From Phoronis australis (Eukaryota > Animalia > Phoronida): a stretch of 64,000 bases of DNA. A program made the translations under genes and the position numbers. The stretch covers positions 423,657-487,656 of the forward strand of contig NMRA01000136.1 of assembly GCA_002633005.1 (NCBI GenBank). The letters are read 5' to 3'. The notes under the pieces were generated by a model, which did not search any database, was not told the origin of the DNA, and saw only the letters and a program-made list of their open reading frames with translations. Below, in pieces: positions 13,070 through 26,212 of the stretch (positions are counted from its first letter, which is position 1; the number at the start of each line of letters is the position of its first letter).

Positions 13070-13204
13070 CTGACTGGCTACCAGGATGCCAGAGTACATT
13101 GGTACAATACTGGCTACTAGTTGTAACAACCAATAGATCCAAAGTATGCCGTTGCTATAGCGACCAAAGCATCGGTCTATCTGAATTATGATTACGGCAA
13201 GGAT
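13070..13204 (-). CDS. ABCC1: ABCC1/MRP1-like, coding exon 4 (TMD0)
   Basis: CAG/GTAAGT, 135 nt. ILAVIIIQIDRCFGRYSNGILWIYWLLQLVASIVP resembles MRP1 [26 protein letters not shown]. Confidence 0.92.
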
Positions 13205-15109
13205 CTGAAAAGGAAAAAGCAATTGAATAACCATGAGGATAAGCATAAACTACACACTGAATTTTACATCAAAGTCTATGTGAATTTTGAAGCTTACGAT
13301 GACAGACCAAAATGAAAACAGCAATGCACAGACATAAAAGTAAATAAATTATGAATATACCGTGAGTTCCGAGAACACAGATCCCCAAATACTTTGTGAA
13401 GGTCCTCAATCAAGAAAAAACATATGATCCTCTGAATGTTGATACTAAGAAACCAGTTTGTGACGGACAACATAGACCTCATCAGACTTAACTATAGGTC
13501 ATATGGTATGACCAACAGATGGCGATTAAGAAAATGCTTCAAATAATTCTTACTTGTACAATATCAACAGTACAATCATATAATGCTACAACACTTTCAA
13601 CAAAATTTGTTAAAATATCAAAATGATAATCATGTTTATACCATGGTAAGTATAATGCAAATTTTAAAATTTAACAAGCAATTTAAAAGGCCTTTCCCAC
13701 AAACGTCGACAATTCTGTGTTTCGGCAAGTGTGTCGGTCAGTGGAAATGCTTTAATTTGTCTTGGATTGAAGTCAAAACCACAAGTTTACTTCACAGTAA
13801 AGGGTGGATTTAACGCAAAGCATCCACGCATCCATACTGTGGGAACACTCAACTTTCGTGGCCAACAAAGTTATCGACAGGGGTCACTGCTGTGACAATG
13901 GTGAAGGTCATATTACGCCACATTGCGATAACTTTGACAACGATAGCGTTTCCTAGCAATAACTCCGATGGTTAATGGAAAAGCTCAAGTTCACAGTTTA
14001 CCTTGGTGGGAAAAGGGATTTGAACCCAGGGTCTTATCAATACACAGACATGCAACTATCGAACTAAGAGAACAATCTCTTTTCAAGGCAACCAGTGATA
14101 GATAGCAAGGTCAGAGTATGTGTTAACACACGATAGGCGCACATCGCATTACTTGTCTCAACATAAACCCTTGTACTAAATTTTTGACAACCTCAGTCAT
14201 TGATAGAATAAGTGGGAAGGTGTGATTATTATCAGTAGTTACTTGTGTAAATTGAACTTGATGTGACCTCAGAAAACTGCAATGTTTGGAAATCAGAAAA
14301 ATGTCAAGTTTTGGAATTATTTCTGTGAGAAACAAGTGAAGAATTATGATGGTAGCAATGACAGGGACATATACTAGAAATATTAAACAACTTTTGTCAG
14401 CTGTAACCAATAATTCAACCAGTAATTAGAACCAACATTTTTGCAATTGTGGCATAACAAACAAAAACTTTTAAACTTTTTGCTTGACATCATATTACAT
14501 AAGTTTTTCCACAGCCAAACAACTCAAGTACTTAATTTCTCTTAGCACTATTTTCACAATTAACAGGATACTAATATTGAACCTATAAAGCATCAGTTCA
14601 ATTTCGGAATCATATACAACAGTATTGAAGTGAAGTGGACTGCTAACTGTCGGGCTAAACTAACTGGTTCTCCCCAAGGATTTGTGTTCACTCCCAGGAT
14701 TGAGCTCAGTGAAAACCAAATTATGTTACATCAATTCATGTTTGTCTCAACATTGCTATGAATCCCATCTTAAATTACAAAAATTACCAACAGCAGATGA
14801 GCTATAAAACTGGTCTGCTGATCTTTACTCAAGTTAGAGGCAACATCAGGGGTTGGGAAAAACTGAGTCAATTTGTTGATGTATGAGACACGTCTCATTA
14901 AGTTGGGTTGTCAACTTGTCACAAAGTCATCTTATGCTCAAAGCAGTATTGAATTCTCAGTCTTTTTTCAAGCTCAGACAAAAATCTGGTCTGAGAAGGC
15001 AACAAGATGTAACCAGGTGAGTAAGTACTCAGTGGACAGGGCTGCATAAAAACGAAATTTTTCGACGGAATACAAGTTTATAGCTGCAGCTTCAACTGTT
15101 GAAAAAGTG

Positions 15110-15570
15110 CCAGTCTGAATATAATCATCAGTCTGCTCATAACCATCAGTATGCATATAACCACCAGTCTGCATATAACCATCAGCCTGCATATAACCAC
15201 CACCTGCATATAACCATCAGTCTGCATACAACCATCAGTCTGCATATAACCACCAGTCTGCATATAACCACCAGTCTGCATATAACCACCAGTCGGCATA
15301 TAACCACCAGCCTGCATATAACCATCAGTCTGCATTTAACCATCAGTCTGCATATAACCATCAGTCTGCATATAACCATCAGTCTGCATACAACCATCAG
15401 TCTGCATACAACCATCAGTCTGCATACAACCACCAGTCTGCATATAACCATCAGTCTGCATATAACCATCAGTATGCATATAACCGTCAGTGTGTACATA
15501 ACCATCAGTATGCATATAACCATTAACCATCAGTATGCATATAACCATCAGTATGCATATAACCGTCAGT
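15110..15570. repeat. 18-bp minisatellite, about 25 copies, in ABCC intron 3
   Basis: Unit CAGTCTGCATATAACCAY. It generates the spurious repetitive ORFs (MQTDGY / HITISL). Confidence 0.97.
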
Positions 15571-17191
15571 TAGTTTTAGGCTCACATTGGCTCCACTCAA
15601 AGTTTTGGTCCCAAGTATTCCTCAATATCTTTCTCTCCTGTTCTGCACTAGAACAGTCTTAGCAGTAGTTATATTTACACAGGACACTTGAGTATCGCTG
15701 GTTATTTGCTCACAAACTTAACACAGCACAGGTCAGTAAAGAGGCAAATAATATCCCATATTGGTAAAATTAGTCACGATGACTCAAACCAAGTAACTTG
15801 CACATTCAGCAATTCAGGAAAAATGCCTCACTAGTCTGCCTAGTAGCTTCTTATGACTAAGTTTCTTCCAATTCAAACAAAGACAATGGATGGCTCAATA
15901 TCCACAAGGCAGTGTTAGTGAATAAAGGCTCCTCTTTTTAACAACTGAACAGATTGAGAAAAGTTCACCAGTATAGGAGTGTTAGTGAACACGAGACCCG
16001 TGTGATTACCTGAATGCACTCATTTCTACAGCTAGGACCCCCATTACACGAGTGACACTTCAAATGAATTTGGAATTGCCCGTAGCCAAAATGCTTCAAT
16101 TTTCAAAAACACACGGCAGTGCTTAAAATGTTTAAAACACCTGTAGTTTGGTGAAAACTGTCAGTACAAACTGTGCAAATAATGAAGCGCAACTTTCTTC
16201 GTGTCTATTTATGTTGAAAAATTTTGACAAAATAACACTTTAGATTAATCACAGAATTCTAAATCCACGAAGCTTTAGCAATAATACACAAGCGTAAAAC
16301 TTCATCGAAACATGCTTTAAAGCTGTCTTACAACTATCTTTCACATTTGAATGCGTTTTTGCGACAATAGGTCAATTTTCATTAGTGTGATGGATGCAAA
16401 GTTCACAGAACACGCACATCCCTTGGGTGCAAAATAATGGTTTAAAATCTTCTCGATGGCCACTTTAACTGCTCCAAAATCAAGCTTAAATCCGCAATGT
16501 ATGGGTTTGGATGATTATTGCTTGCAATCAATGAAATAGCCATATTTTGAAGTCTACATTTCTTTGTTTTCTGATGCTCCCAGTCCCCACATTTTGATTG
16601 AAAGTTTCACATTGCACAGTATTGAGGGGACCTTGAGGCATGATTTTATCAATAAAATTTGAACTCTTTAATTAAAACAAACCATTTCTAAACTTGGACT
16701 TTGGATTCTAAGTTATGCAAGAACCTCTCAATAAGATGATTCAAGGACTGATTGCACCTGTCTTAATACACCAGTGTTTGTGCTTTTGTAAGCATCTATT
16801 CCAATTAGCGTCAAAATCCACTGACAGAACCTTAAGTTTTTAATACATCTACTGTCACAAAAAACACCAACAAAAACTGTCAAAGTGACATGTAAACATA
16901 GTCATTATACGGATGAAGATTCTAACAAAATACACAGTACAGACTGCTGCCAAAAATTGCACAAAACACAGTGAAAAGATTCTACAAATTCTACAACAAG
17001 TGAAAATGGTGCATTGTTATCACACGGAAAGCAACAGATGGAGCTTCATCAACTACCATTTTTCACACTCATTTCATAGTCTAACAGAAGCAGTATTACA
17101 ACAAAGCTATCTGAAAGGATACACAGACTGGGAAAGGGGTCCACCCTGGAATGACCTCTGACCAGCAAGAAAACAAAATGGGTTTACCTAC

Positions 17192-17323
17192 CATTGTTAT
17201 AGCAGTGATCCCAGGGGACACAAAATACACATGGCCGGGTCTGTCTCCATTGGGGGAGCTGTAGTCACTCCAGGTCTTGACGATCTCCATTATGGCCACA
17301 ACTGTCAGTAGGGCTGCCACAGC
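17192..17323 (-). CDS. ABCC1: ABCC1/MRP1-like, coding exon 3 (TMD0)
   Basis: CAG/GTAGGT, 132 nt, phase 0/0. Hydrophobic AVAALLTVVAIMEIV...VYFVSPGITAITM. Confidence 0.9.
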
Positions 17324-17757
17324 CTGAAAGAAAATGAACAAGAATCAGCTAATCATGAGAAGCCTAATCATGCAGACATCCATATGAGACTTTTTGGTAT
17401 CTGTTTCACAAACAATTCAAAACTCGAAAATGATTAGACACCTAATTCATTCAACTGCAGATAACAATTTGGATGGATCTCACTAAATAATCCATTTTTC
17501 TAAAAAAAAGACATGATCTCATGATTTTTAATTTCTAATGGTCGACCCAATATTCACCAAATCATGGCAGTAAAGAAAGGATCCTGTTTTTATCATTTTA
17601 GTGCAAAAGAGAAAGGCGTTCACCAGAATGGGGGCTTCTGAGAACTAAACGGGGTCTATGTGACCCGAATAAACTGGTGCATTTCCGCAAGTGCGATGAT
17701 TGTCTCACTAGTGCCACCTAGTGAATTTTTAGCTCCTCATCATTATTCTCCACTCAC

Positions 17758-17931
17758 TGTTTTAGCAACGTTGAGTTTGTTGTGCGAAATTGGCTTCTTT
17801 CGTTTGATATACACCATGTAGAATGGAAGCAAAATCCATAGGATGCCACATGGAACCCAAATGAGAATAGTCTCTTGAAAACACTGCGTGAGGTCCGGTG
17901 ACGTCGTGTTTTTCCATGTTAAGTCCTCGTC
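17758..17931 (-). CDS. ABCC1: ABCC1/MRP1-like, coding exon 2 (start of TMD0)
   Basis: CAG acceptor, GTGAGT donor, 174 nt. DEDLTWKNTTSPDLTQCFQETILIWVPCGILW matches the MRP1 signature TW...PDFTxCFQxTVLVWVPC. Confidence 0.95.
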
Positions 17932-18699
17932 CTGAAAGGCAAAACACATTATTATTATTAATTTTTCACTTATTTACAATATGGCCATCGGCTGAAATTA
18001 AATTTTGTTAAATTTCTCCACAAAAGTATACACTGAGTACGGTTTAGTCTATTATAAGCACAGATTGTAGAGTGTAGCTGTCATAAAATAACATTTCCTA
18101 AAATTTGCAAACATGTAATCAGCCTTTGAAAATGGAGAAAATACATTTTTGACAATTATTAGTTTTGTTCGATGTAAGCGGAGAAGTAGTCAGAATTTAC
18201 CCATAATTATTCATCTGAGTGCTTTAGGCAGCCTTACTTTGAAATGGAAATTTCATTCTTAAAAACAATTACACCATTATAACCCCTATATCTAGCACAA
18301 TAAACAAAGCCATCACAGTCAATTTTCTATAAAAGTGGCTGGTAGTGCTGAACACCTTAGGACAGTCACGACACACTGGCAGCGATTTCTGGAAAATGAG
18401 GTACAACTGACCTAATTTAACAAAATAAGAAATTCTGAACATTCATAAGACATCTTTAAGACTCCCATACAATATTCTCAAAGCAATAAAGCTGTCATGG
18501 ATTCTGCAATAAATGAAAGATAACTTAATTTGCACTAATTTGGTGAAAGCTTTTACTGTTGTATGGTGTCTTGGAAATGACCTTGTCGTCACGAAACAAC
18601 AAACATTTTTCACACTCTCCCAGTAATGGCTGAGAATTAGTATGCTAAAGCCAGATGTACCTGTACGCATATTTGATCGACAAAAACCTGGTGAGAACT

Positions 18700-18719
18700 A
18701 GGTCAATGAACTTTGACCT
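18700..18719. promoter_or_regulatory. Composite nuclear-receptor element (IR1 + DR1) in ABCC intron 1
   Basis: AGGTCA-A-TGAACT-T-TGACCT: three consensus half-sites. Function is inferred only. Confidence 0.4.
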
Positions 18720-19988
18720 ATGCCTGTTCTGTTCCAATGAACAGGTTCATTCCTTTTGTAATTGGGTTTACTTGGATGTACTGGGTCAGGTTTTATATTA
18801 TGTTGTACCATGACCAATTGCTGGATAGGGAAAATGTTTTCAGTGAAACATGAGCAAATATCACTAACAGAGCAACTTGTTAATTTGTATGCAGCACTTG
18901 ACTTAATCGTTATAAAACAATAATAATGTTGATAGGTTATTCAATTTATGATTCAAACGTACAAAGAATGAACACGACGCATAGGAAACAGCCAGTTTAA
19001 GAGAGCAGAGTTTCCTCCACGAGCCATGAAAATTTGAAAGTGGCATTTTCTTCTTTAGTGAATAATATGAAGTTCACCGTGAATGAAGATAGCATAGACA
19101 TTTATCACTAACAACAAACAGTAACTTTCTAGGTATCTCTTCCAGCTAGCTGACACTGACAACTTCAAAATTGCATGATTACCTCATATAAACAGCAACC
19201 AAGATCTGACATACCAGGTATGCAGATAAATCATTTTAACAAGTTGAGAGATTCAACGTTTAAGCTGACACATAACAAAAACAGCAAATTTTTTTGCAAG
19301 TCATTTTTTGAGATTGTCATATCTTATGACCATCAAATTTCCACCATTTTAAGTACTGTTTTACAGATCTGTTGTTACAGTGCAGAATGGAGGTTAATTG
19401 GCAGTGTCATCCATTGTGGAATGTAACAAACAGCTCTTGGATGACAACTTGAGCTTTTAGGTGATTGGGGCTGATTGTTATAAGTCACATTATATGGGTT
19501 GCTTGGCTATTCCAGGGGTCACTTTACAACCTTTTTAGTAGATGGAAAAACTTAAGACAGTTTCATAAAAAAGATTGCAAGTCTAGCTCTGATTTCCGTT
19601 ATATCCGTGGCAACATCTACGCACATTCATAACCCGAAATCGATACATTCTAATTTAGGAAGCAAAAGTAATTCTGTAACCAAATGAAGTATCAGGAATG
19701 TTTCCAAGTCACTTAAGTGACTACTACTTAAGAAAATCTGAAAACATATTCCGGGTTGGGGGCAATAAACACGTGTATTACACTTTAGTATTGTCATTAC
19801 TATAAGTATTCTCATCATCATTATTATAATCACAGTCAAGTGCGAATTTACAGAGGGATTTTGAGTGTATCCGTACCCCTTGTCCCCCCAACACTTATAC
19901 AAATGGATGAAATACAAAGTGACCCCTAGCTGTGAATGTCCATTGACAGACCCTCTTCTGGTCACGATCATGTAATCTTTGTAAGAGG

Positions 19989-20133
19989 CAACACTGTTCT
20001 CAGAGTTATTACATTGTATGTAATTCTGAAATTGTGCACATGTAATGATGTATCATGTCACAACACTGTTCTCAGAGTTATTACATTGTATGTAATTCTG
20101 AAATTGTGCACATATAATGATGTATCATGTCAC
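19989..20133. repeat. 72-bp tandem duplication
   Basis: CAACACTGTTCTCAGAG...GATGTATCATGTCA starts at 19989 and 20061, with one mismatch seen. Confidence 0.95.
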
Positions 20134-21626
20134 AATTCAAATTAACAAAAAACAATGAATTCTAAAAGACTGGAAGCTTAAAGGCACAAAAATTACAGTG
20201 CCACTGTCTCGACTGGCTTCAATAGAGATGGTGACCATCCCATATGCCCTCCATAAGCCCGAAGCTTATGGACAAATTATGACTCACATCATCAAAGTCA
20301 TAATTAGTAGTAATGTAAAGATACCTGTGTCAGAGTCATGAAGATTACTGAAACCACTAGCTTTCAGTCTCATTTCAAAACCTTCGTCAGGTGAAATGGC
20401 AGGTAACTGGAGCCTCGTCCAAGTCTGTTACATCACCGTCATGTGTCATAAGATGTGACATGTCAGATCATAGGAGTAAATTCTGGATACGACGTCATAT
20501 AGCCTGGCGCAAGCAGTGCAGAAATGGCCAGTTGGGCAACTGAACAAAGGACTGCTCGAGAAAAGAGTATTTGTTCAAGCTGGGAAGAGTTAAAGACATC
20601 AACGGCTTCCTATTTGATGTCACTTTACGCACAAAAGGTACTTATAGCAACATGACTTTGATGGTTTAATAAGTGTGAGGCATAATTCGTCAAAAAGCTT
20701 CCGGGGGAGGGCCTACGGAATAGCCACTATCTCTACTGCGGCCAGTCAAGACGGTGGCACTGTCTATGGCTTACAATGAGGCAGAGACCCCTGTCTGAAG
20801 ACTCTAAACCTCACTCATGAGTTTCAGGACTGTTGATTGTTAAATTTGACTGAGATTCATGACTGAGTGATGGGTGACCATTATAATGAAACAGTCCAAA
20901 ACAGATATTCAACTATGGTAAGTTACCAAAATCTTTGGGACTTATAGTACTTATGTTAAGTGGAACACTTGCTCCATTACGACGTTTTCCCGTTACTCCC
21001 AACTTGTTCGATTCTATAGCCTAACAAGTTGGGATGATCACCCTTGTAGCCAATATCTTACACGACTCTGGCATTTATGGTTGGAGGGTCGGCTCTCTTT
21101 TGTTCGATAATTGCTCTAATCTCCGATCAGATCGTATCAGCCTTACTGGGCTGTGCTGCTAAAAATGAAAGTTAAGTTATAACATATTTGAACACAAACC
21201 AATAGCATTTCCTTGTCAAATGCTGAGCGTGTTTAGTCTTTGAATCCCCAAAATCGCCCAACTACAACAGAAGTTAAGACAATCTATTCTGCCAGGTTTC
21301 AGTAACCCTTTGAAGCCTGGGAGATAACTGGCCTGCTTGTTGTCTTACGGGACAAAAGACTGAGCTGGGCAGTTACCAAAGGAGCCAGATGTTATCGCAT
21401 GTTCAGAACCCCTCACGTCTGGAAAAGTTGCTAAATGACAGAACGCCGTCATGTCTTATTTATTTTTAATATTAATGAGAATCCAAACTAGAGTTTATGA
21501 AACCGTACAATGTAGAATAAACATTATTACAGACATATACAAATATATATAGGCCTAACGTCCATACAAAAATACATAGCTAGCTTAACTTGATCATATT
21601 TGATTTAGGCCAGAGCCCATGCACGA

Positions 21627-21872
21627 ACTTGAAAATTAGCGCGGAAGTAAATAACGACATTTATCTAATGTTTCAGACTGTACAGCTCCAACTGTTTAGA
21701 TTCTGGTCTGTCCCCCTCACAACGCATTTTGATGTGTACCACTGTACAGTCTGTTCAGTCCACCTGTGTTGCCTGTTTGAGTAAGTGAACTGTTTCCCTG
21801 AGAATGGCTTAAGTAATAAACCGAAATGTTGGATAAATATGTCGTTATTTACTTACACGCTAATTTTAAAGT
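21627..21872 (+). mobile_element. Penelope-like element remnant: ~50-bp inverted repeat with a degenerate minimal hammerhead motif
   Basis: Arms 21627-21674 and 21823-21872 are imperfect reverse complements. 21796-21832 reads CC-CTGAGAA-TGGCTTA-AGTAA-TAAACC-GAAA-TGTT-GG. Confidence 0.45.
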
Positions 21873-22416
21873 AGCTGTAACTTACGGTATACTAATACCA
21901 AAAAGACTAAATCAAGAATCAACAATTAAATATGATACAAAAGAATCAAAACAGTCCAAAAAGGGATATGACCAAGAAAAACAAGTATATGTAGAATTAA
22001 CCAAAAACGACACATTTGAGAATAATGATGTTTCACAATTCACACTACAAAGAGTTATGAGAAAGGTAAAGGTTAACTGAAGAGTGAAGTACACATCGAT
22101 CAAGTAGATCAACTCGAATGGAAACTCCTCTCAATACTAACCGTAACTTACTCTATAGTTTATTCGGTGTGTAGCCAAAAAGTGACTTAGTACTTTTATG
22201 TAAAACAGCATTAAAAAGAACAAATAGTGCATTTAAAATCCACAAATGTGGGGGAAAGTTAGGCAATATAGTTGAGTTACTCTTTGCCTTGGGCCTGGCT
22301 TTGGGACTGTGCAACCGGACACAGTGACTGTCCTTAGTCGAAGTGCCGCTAGGCCAGGGGCAAGAAAATCTTCCTGAGTTGATCGATGAGCAGGGTTAAC
22401 GTGCTATCGTACTTAC

Positions 22417-22464
22417 CCAGAATACTCCGCCGCAAAACTGCTCAAAACCAGATAGATTTGCCAT
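22417..22464 (-). CDS. ABCC1: ABCC1/MRP1-like ABC transporter, coding exon 1
   Basis: ATG at 22464 reads MANLSGFEQFCGGVFW, then a GTAAGT donor (22416-22411). It resembles the MRP N-terminus (FC...W) and joins in phase 0 to DEDLTW in exon 2. Confidence 0.85.
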
Positions 22465-23066
22465 CGCGACCAAACACGCAAGGCGTCAGCAGTGTGGACT
22501 GTGAGAGAGGGAGACAGCTGAGCTCCGTGTTTATGTACACAAATGGATTCTGCAAGTCACGACGCCGAAAGTAGGTCAACCAGTGGATGTCACGGACTTG
22601 AGCGATAACTTACGGAGGAAAACCATTTAGAATTTCGCTGGTTCTAAATTTGACAAGTACTCGACCAGATGTTCTGTTGCTTGTCAATCAAACAAGTTAC
22701 TATCATTTATTAAAGTTTTCAAAAAACATGGACTTATTCAATTATTCAATTGGAGGACAAAACTCACAGATTTTATTTTGTGCGAAGTTTTGGAAGTTGC
22801 CGAGCAAACCCGCTAAAAAAGATACGTCACATGCTTTAGTCAGAAAGTATGATTGGTTAGCACTGGCTTTGCGAGTTGTTTACTCATTTACATATCATGT
22901 GCCCTAAGATAACAGTTTTCATTGGCTTCTCAGGCTACAGCTACCGCCAATTGGCCAATCACATAACAGACGTGCTTCATGCAGTCTGACGTTCTTGGCC
23001 GCATAAGTAGCGTGGGTACTGGGCATCTATTAACTGTACACCGGCTTTATCTTGAAAGGTACCTTG
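22465..23066. promoter_or_regulatory. Probable bidirectional promoter region ABCC / HMGB, plus HMGB non-coding first exon
   Basis: Lies directly upstream of the ABCC ATG. CCAAT boxes in both orientations (ATTGG at 22852 and 22921; CCAATTGGCCAAT at 22947-22959). A plus-strand TTG|GTAAGA donor at 23067 is the candidate end of an untranslated exon 1. The HMGB ATG exon begins at an acceptor, so it needs an upstream exon. Confidence 0.55.
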
Positions 23067-25194
23067 GTAAGAATAATTTTTTTCCAAACATCTGTATTTT
23101 AGATTATCGTTAAAATTTCACCTGCAACTATTTGTGAAGAGTTTTAGCATTTGCAATTGTTATGATAAAGAATTTTGGTGATTAACACGATGCTTTTCAA
23201 TTTGCAAAGTAAGGGTTTGAGCTCCGGTCGAACTGCTATGGCTGCCATTGTGATTCAACGTAGAAGGTCGTGACAAGTTTTATAAAATTGCTTATTTGTT
23301 TCGAAAATGGACGTATCAAGCGAATATACATGTTGAAATCTACCCCTTTATTGTTGAATGTGTCACACATGTAACATCTTCCTTTTAAATTCCGTTAAAC
23401 ATAAAAAATTTGGCACACAAGCCAGACATCCTTTGTGCGCTGTGCCTCATACATGTCTTCCTACCGACTTCACATGCATGCAATCCACTGTGGTATACTC
23501 TCCCTATATGCTATGTACCATGTACTGTGTGTAGTAGTATTTTGATAGTAAGCTTTAATCCTTCAGAAACATCAGTTGTTTGTTATTTATATACCTTAAA
23601 TTGTTAGATTAAGCATTTTTAAGGGGACTTTCATTCATGATGTGAAAAATTGTCATTTTGAAGGTCGATTTTGACCTCGTTTTTCCTTGCTTCTTCTTCA
23701 CACTCAAAATCCATTGAAATGGCCACGAGCTCATTCAGCTAGCCGGTTCAATCGGTTGAACTCATGTTTAGCTTTAAAATATTACAAGAAACGGGGACTG
23801 TTTGATCAGTTTTTACGGTAATACTGTCTAATTTGTGGTTGGATGAATGTTTTCTTTGTCTGGCAAGCTGTGATTCAGACATGAAATGGCGGTCGTCTAC
23901 GACAAGGCTTGCAGGCCAGTGTTCAGTATGCTGGGCTAACAAGTGTCAATTTTAACTTATAAATGTTTGCGTCGCGTTTTCTCGCTCAATTTATGAAATG
24001 TTAAAACGTTAAATATAACCAACGTTTCTCTTGAAAGTTTTTTTTTATTTTGCATCAAATGTGATTGGAAAGACTTAAACTAATATTATTCAATTCCCTG
24101 TTCACAGGTAGGCTGAATCACTTTACGAATTGACACTCACTTTATACAATCCGGAACTTGTTTTTCATCAGTGATCAGCAATATGCTGTATCATTTGTAA
24201 ATAATTTATAAAGACTTCTTGCTGGACTCATTTGTATATGCAAATTAAACGAACTGGGACAAAAATACCATTAGTAGAATTTCTAGTTGGAGACTGAAAA
24301 ACAAAGAAACCTCAATAATAAAGCAGCATTTAATCATGTTTTCTGTGAAATAAAAACAAGAATTGATTTTTGGCCACTTACTGCTACAAAAATGGGTTTG
24401 TCTTGTTCTTGCCTGACTTTAAAAGGTGATCTGTCGGTGGGGAAGAACATTCATTCATTATTTTTTCAAACCAAGCTCCTATAACTTCAGGTCACAACTT
24501 GACATGAAATTTTATAATCTTAGTTTGAAGGAAAAACAAACTTTTCTTTCTATGCCCAGAAAGCAATCCTATTTTGACTGAGAACAATTTAAGACTTATT
24601 TCTTACTGGTAAGTGGCCTAAATCTAAACTTTGTTTTGGACAGAAGCATGTGGGTTTGATGCTGCTTTAAATGTTAACTATCGAGATGCTAATGTACATA
24701 TTACAGGTACTATTTTGAATGTCAAAATGGACTACTTCATATTGGATAAAGAGTTTGTGGTTTAGTATGCGAAAGCAGATGTAATGGTCAATTATCTAGA
24801 CAACCAGGGCTCCGGGCTATTTGTCAAAGATGCCCAGAGTGTTCTAAACAACAGAAAACAAAAATTTGACTGGAATTACAAAATTCGTGTACGTTTTAAG
24901 AGTCCATGTCCATACCTTGGGGAGTTTGTTTGTTTAGTCTTGGAACAAATGCATTAAACTGGCACTAAAAGTTCAGAAAGTCATAATTCCCTTAAGAAAC
25001 GACTAATTTCCTATTACTTTTAAACTCATTGTATAGGTTTTCAAACTCTACCCATGTAAGCCGAACTCTTCACAACAAATTTGAAAATTCAAACTCTATG
25101 CAGAGTTCTGTACTGAATATAGAGCTTCCTTTTAAAATTACACAGCATTAACATTGTAAAACTTTATTTTCAGTTATTCACACATAATTCAACA

Positions 25195-25347
25195 ATGGTT
25201 AAGAGAAGAGCTGACGGACAACCGGCTGGTAAGACTTCATCTTACGCATTCTTCGTCAAGAAGTGCCGAGAAGAACACAGACATTCGAATCCGAATGACA
25301 AAATAGACTTCAAGGATTTCAGTGTGAAGTGTGCCGACAAATGGAGA
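25195..25347 (+). CDS. HMGB: HMGB (two HMG boxes + acidic tail), first coding exon (box A)
   Basis: Not in the ORF track. Acceptor ends at 25173, ATG at 25195. MVKRRADGQPAGKTSSYAFFVKKCREEHRHSNPNDKIDFKDFSVKCADKWR then GTAAGT; compare HMGB1 KMSSYAFFVQTCREEH...FSKKCSERWK. Confidence 0.96.
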
Positions 25348-26212
25348 GTAAGTGAAATATTGTAGGAAGATGACATGCGAGTTATGTTTCACAGGAACAC
25401 TATTTTGGAGGGGAGAAGTGACATAATGCCATGCTAGATTTGTAGTTCTAAAGATGTGATCACAGAACTACGTATTACATATCGTTTGTTGGTTTTCAAG
25501 GAGTAGTCATTAAACCTTAATAGGGGTTGCAAGACGCTTAATGTAGAGTGGAACACTTAACACAAGTGTCAATTCTGTTAGTAGCTTTTGAAACAATGAG
25601 CGCAAAATTGTTTGTAAAATGCTTTAAACTTTTGATTTTGCTTCATATTTCTGATGCTAGAAGCCCCATAAGCCTGTGAGATGAAGTTCTAAGGTGGCAT
25701 TCATCTAGGATTTCAAGTGGCTATCCTAATTCGTAAGATTTACACTCGCCATATGCGGGCATTCTGTGTGGGATCCCACTGATGTCACAGGATGGAGGTT
25801 TCCCCAAAAACATGGCTACCAGCATTTGTTGATCATGATTGTGACATTTATGATAAAAATAGATGATAATAGTCTTTGATCTCGGTTTATGTCTGAATAC
25901 TTATTATCAAAGCACAAGAAATTGTAGGTTTCAATAACATTTAATAATCAGGCTTATTAAAATTTTTCATTTAGCCCGCGTTTCTGCCGAGGTTGTCTTG
26001 GAACAGGATGTCTTTTTTTCTCTCTTGGTCGTGCCGTCTAAGCTGTCATTCTTAAAACTGGCCTTCCCAGAGATGGCCAATAGATGAATCCCTAGTCCTA
26101 ACTCTGTTAATTTGCCTTAAAATTAGCTGAGGTCAAAGTTGATGACTTGTCACTTTGACACTTGTCAATCTGTTAAATCTGAACTTGAGTGCATGATTGT
26201 GATTTGTTTCAG

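Noticed and set aside
14974-15662. Long repetitive ORFs (MQTDGY / HITISL / MVICRL repeats)
   Set aside because: Products of an 18-bp intronic minisatellite that is open in several frames; no splice or phase fit to ABCC.
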